DNA of 64,000 bases from Bacteroidia bacterium (GTDB lineage Bacteria > Bacteroidota > Bacteroidia > UBA8524): positions 1,202,074 through 1,266,073 of the forward strand of contig OZ252261.1 of the NCBI GenBank assembly GCA_965249955.1. Direction: 5' to 3'. The notes beneath the pieces were generated by a model. The model searched no databases and was not told the origin of the DNA. It saw nothing but the letters and a program-made list of their open reading frames with translations. The first letter of the stretch is position 1; each line of letters starts with the position of its first letter. The position numbers and the translations under genes were made by a program. Of this stretch, positions 61,097 through 64,000 are shown piece after piece.

Positions 61097-61978
61097 ATGA
61101 AAAGAAATTTTACGGCAAAAAGCCTGTTTCTTTTACTGGCCATTACGGTGGCAAGTTTAACAGCCCAAGCCCAAATAGAATGGGGTATTATGGGTGGGCC
61201 TAGTATGTCTAACCTAAGTGCTTCAGGGTATAAACTTGTACCCGATAGCTCACGCCCTTCACTATCAGGCATTACCCGTTTTAGGGTAAGTTTGTTTATG
61301 GATATGCCATTAAACAACTATTGGAGCTTTAGTCCGGAGTTGGCATACTCTGTAAAAGGTGGAGTGCAAAAACTAGATTCAGCATATACTATTTTTACTG
61401 TTCCTCCGGGATGGACAGATAAGTTTCAAACAGTATCAAATTTTGATTTTGGGTATATCGAAATTCCATTATTGTTCCGTTTTTCTACCCCATTGGGTAG
61501 GCCAACAGCTTTATATCCTCACGAAAACTCAGTAAAACCTTTTTACTTAGACTTTTTTGGAGGGCCTTATTTTAGTTATTTAATGAGTGGAAAAAACGAT
61601 GCAAGTGCAACTTGGACTCGTTCTTCTACCAATGATACTACTTCGGCATACAACTTTGCTATTAAAACCAAAACATCGGGTACACCTGCCAAAATTGGTA
61701 AAATTGACTATGGTATAGTAGCCGGTATGGGTATTAAATGGAGGTTTAACCGTAAATCATACCTTTATTTAGATGTTAGGTATACTATTGGTATGGCTAA
61801 CTTAAACAAAGGCTATTGGGATAGAACTGTACAATCGGACACCGACCCAACACAAACCAAAACCGAATCGCCAAAAGTTAAAAATGCAGGTACATTTTCT
61901 TTTGCTTTGGGCTACATAACTAACTTTAGTAAACGCCGTTACTTTAACTTGGTTAAGCCTGATAGAAACAGGCCATAA
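61097..61978 (+). CDS. Outer-membrane beta-barrel protein (porin / OMP_b-brl_2-like)
   Basis: MKRNF signal peptide ending AQA; PELAYSVKG, YIEIPLL, GGPYFSYL, DVRYTIG strands. Confidence 0.8.
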   Translation: MKRNFTAKSLFLLLAITVASLTAQAQIEWGIMGGPSMSNLSASGYKLVPDSSRPSLSGITRFRVSLFMDMPLNNYWSFSPELAYSVKGGVQKLDSAYTIFTVPPGWTDKFQTVSNFDFGYIEIPLLFRFSTPLGRPTALYPHENSVKPFYLDFFGGPYFSYLMSGKNDASATWTRSSTNDTTSAYNFAIKTKTSGTPAKIGKIDYGIVAGMGIKWRFNRKSYLYLDVRYTIGMANLNKGYWDRTVQSDTDPTQTKTESPKVKNAGTFSFALGYITNFSKRRYFNLVKPDRNRP

Positions 61979-62001
61979 CAATATTTTTTTATTCTACTTT
62001 G

Positions 62002-62037
62002 AAAAAACCTTATGTAATTTTTACGTAAGGTTTTTTT
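62002..62037 (+). terminator. Intrinsic terminator
   Basis: AAAAAACCTTAtGTAA-TTT-TTACgTAAGGTTTTTTT. Confidence 0.8.
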
Positions 62038-62099
62038 CGTTTAAACAACATCTTCATAAAAAAAGTTGTCTCCCTAGCATACAAACCTAAAACTATCTT

Positions 62100-64000
62100 A
62101 TGAAGAAACTTTTTACTCACAAACTATTTGTTCTCACATTATTATCCGTCGTTGTAATGGCAGCAGGAACCGCTGTAAAAAACAGTAGTAGCGCACCGGC
62201 ATCACACACAAATGCCCCCGGCGAACAAAACTGTACTGCTTGCCATAGCGGCACATTAAATCCCACCCCTGCAAATCTTACTAACCTAACGCTTTCTATA
62301 CCTTTTACAGGTGGAGGCTATATTCCCGATAGCACATATAGCATTACAGTAAAGTATTTACAAAGTGGCAAAAGTAGGTTTGGTTTCCAAATTACTTCTC
62401 TTAGCAAATCCGGCAATAACCCTGTGGGTTCATTTACGGCAGGCACTGGCAGTACTAAACTAACAGGTGTTGTTTTGGGGAAAACACGTGAATACATTAC
62501 CCATAGTGGAGGCACGGGTTCTAGCTCGGGCAAGGGTGAATGGACTTTTACTTGGAAAGCCCCTAGTACCAACGTAGACAGTATTATTTTTTATGTAGCG
62601 GTTAATGCTGCTAATAGCGACGGCTCTACCAGTGGCGACGAAATTTATGCTAAAACATTTACTGTTGGCTCGTCATCGCTGCTTCCAACAGCATCTATCT
62701 CTGCCAACAAAACCGAAGTTTGTGCCGGAGATACCGTGCAGTTTATGGGCAGTGGCACTAACAGCCCCACCGGATACGCATGGAAATTTAAGGTGGGTAA
62801 CCCCACAACAAGCACTGCGCAAAACCCCAAAGTGGTGTATTCTATCCCCGGTACTTATATCGATACTTTACGTGTACGAAATGCCAAAGGAGAATCAGCT
62901 CCGGCAGTTATTACTATAAAAGTAGTGAGTGCCCCAGTAGCTAACATAGCAAGTGTACAACCCGCCAATACTATTTGCGCAGGCGATACGGTAACTCTTG
63001 GCGCAACTTTTGGCACAGGGTATAGCTATAAATGGAATACAGGCAACCCTGCAGATACGTTTAGCACCGTAAAAGTAACTCAACAAGGCAACTATATAGT
63101 TACGGTAACCAACTCGACGGGGTGTAGCAAAGTAAGCGCACCGGTGGCTATTACTGTAAACCCCTTGCCGCTTGCGGTTATAGGTACATCAAAAAACACT
63201 GCTTGCGAAGGCGATACGCTTACCGTATTTGCTAATGTGGGTAATACAACTGCCACGCGCAATTTGTATCAAAACGGAAGCCTTATATATACGGGTGGTA
63301 ATGCTGCTATAACTGCTACGCTTACCCAAAACGATACGTTTGAACTTACCATTGACGATAACGGCTGCACCAGTTTGCCCGTTACCAAAATTATTAACAC
63401 CAGCAATAAACTAGCTGCACCAACTATTACCTGCGGCACACCAACCACATCAAGCGTAACGTTTGACTGGGCGACAGTTACAGGCGCAACAGGATACGAA
63501 GTAAGTACCGATAGTGGCAAAACATGGGCAACACCATCATCAGGCGCTATGGGGCTTTCGCACACAATAAGCGGACTTAATTTTAGTACTGATGCTGCAC
63601 TTTGGGTACGTGCTACCGATAATGCCCCTTGTTTGGCAGGCAATGTTAGTAACAAAGTATGTAAGTCGCTATCGTGCTCAGGTGTTACTTATAACGCTGC
63701 TGTGGCTGATACTATTATTTGCCCGGGCGATTCTACCATCATTACCATAAGTAATATTAGTGCTTCTAACTACTCGTTGCAATTTAATGGTGGTGCTTTT
63801 GGTACTGCTACATCGTTTAGCGTAAAACCTAGCCAAACTACCAAGTATGCTTTTGCGTTGATAGATTCGGCAACACTAAACTGCCCTGCATTAACTTTTG
63901 ATGTTGATGTGGAAGTGGATGTATTGCCCAATGTTACCCTTAACTCAAATGTAGGTAACACATTATGTTTAGGCAAAACAGTAGATTTTTCTACCAATAC
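62100..64000 (+). CDS. Secreted protein with Reeler-like (choice-of-anchor V-type) CxxCH head, PKD, Ig and FN3-like repeats; runs off the window end, absent from the ORF track
   Basis: Hand translation: MKKLFTHKLFVLTLLSVVVMAAG...TNAPGEQNCTACHSG...FGFQ...WTFTWKAP...AANSDGSTSGD...NSPTGYAWKF...AQNP. Confidence 0.85.
   Translation, partial: MKKLFTHKLFVLTLLSVVVMAAGTAVKNSSSAPASHTNAPGEQNCTACHSGTLNPTPANLTNLTLSIPFTGGGYIPDSTYSITVKYLQSGKSRFGFQITSLSKSGNNPVGSFTAGTGSTKLTGVVLGKTREYITHSGGTGSSSGKGEWTFTWKAPSTNVDSIIFYVAVNAANSDGSTSGDEIYAKTFTVGSSSLLPTASISANKTEVCAGDTVQFMGSGTNSPTGYAWKFKVGNPTTSTAQNPKVVYSIPGTYIDTLRVRNAKGESAPAVITIKVVSAPVANIASVQPANTICAGDTVTLGATFGTGYSYKWNTGNPADTFSTVKVTQQGNYIVTVTNSTGCSKVSAPVAITVNPLPLAVIGTSKNTACEGDTLTVFANVGNTTATRNLYQNGSLIYTGGNAAITATLTQNDTFELTIDDNGCTSLPVTKIINTSNKLAAPTITCGTPTTSSVTFDWATVTGATGYEVSTDSGKTWATPSSGAMGLSHTISGLNFSTDAALWVRATDNAPCLAGNVSNKVCKSLSCSGVTYNAAVADTIICPGDSTIITISNISASNYSLQFNGGAFGTATSFSVKPSQTTKYAFALIDSATLNCPALTFDVDVEVDVLPNVTLNSNVGNTLCLGKTVDFSTN

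Noticed and set aside
928-63997. Other short ORFs in the track that overlap larger genes (e.g. 3412-3825, 4982-5305, 45050-45448, 52264-52671, 63269-63655)
   Set aside because: Antisense or alternative-frame shadows of well-supported CDSs

Overview
Bacteroidota chromosomal window, based on T9SS C-terminal sorting domains, TAnnTTTG promoter boxes and gene content. Housekeeping genes (mrdA-rodA, aldehyde dehydrogenase, sugar nucleotidyltransferase; later mdh, scoA/scoB, fused 2-oxoacid dehydrogenase E1) flank a ~42-kb minus-strand array (6453-48247) of ten ~1,230-1,360-aa secreted surface-protein genes, here called A-J, plus one small Cys-rich secreted gene. Genes A-G share a stalk (an unnamed domain + 6 PKD + T9SS CTD) but carry four different N-terminal heads. 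Genes H-J are GEVED-PKD-CUB-GEVED-Ig repeat proteins. The array shows clear recombination: a 2.67-kb near-identical tract with sharply shifted codon usage, mosaic heads, and a chimeric, frameshifted member. Nine of the ten genes have their own terminator. Also present: a four-helix-bundle gene enclosed by inverted heptamer repeats, an orphan HEPN-like gene, an OLD-like ATPase-TOPRIM gene with an internal stop, a REP-like cluster, and a CxxCH Reeler-like secreted protein missing from the ORF track. No rRNA, tRNA, CRISPR, transposase or reverse transcriptase was seen. All domain calls come from reading motifs by eye, not from database searches.
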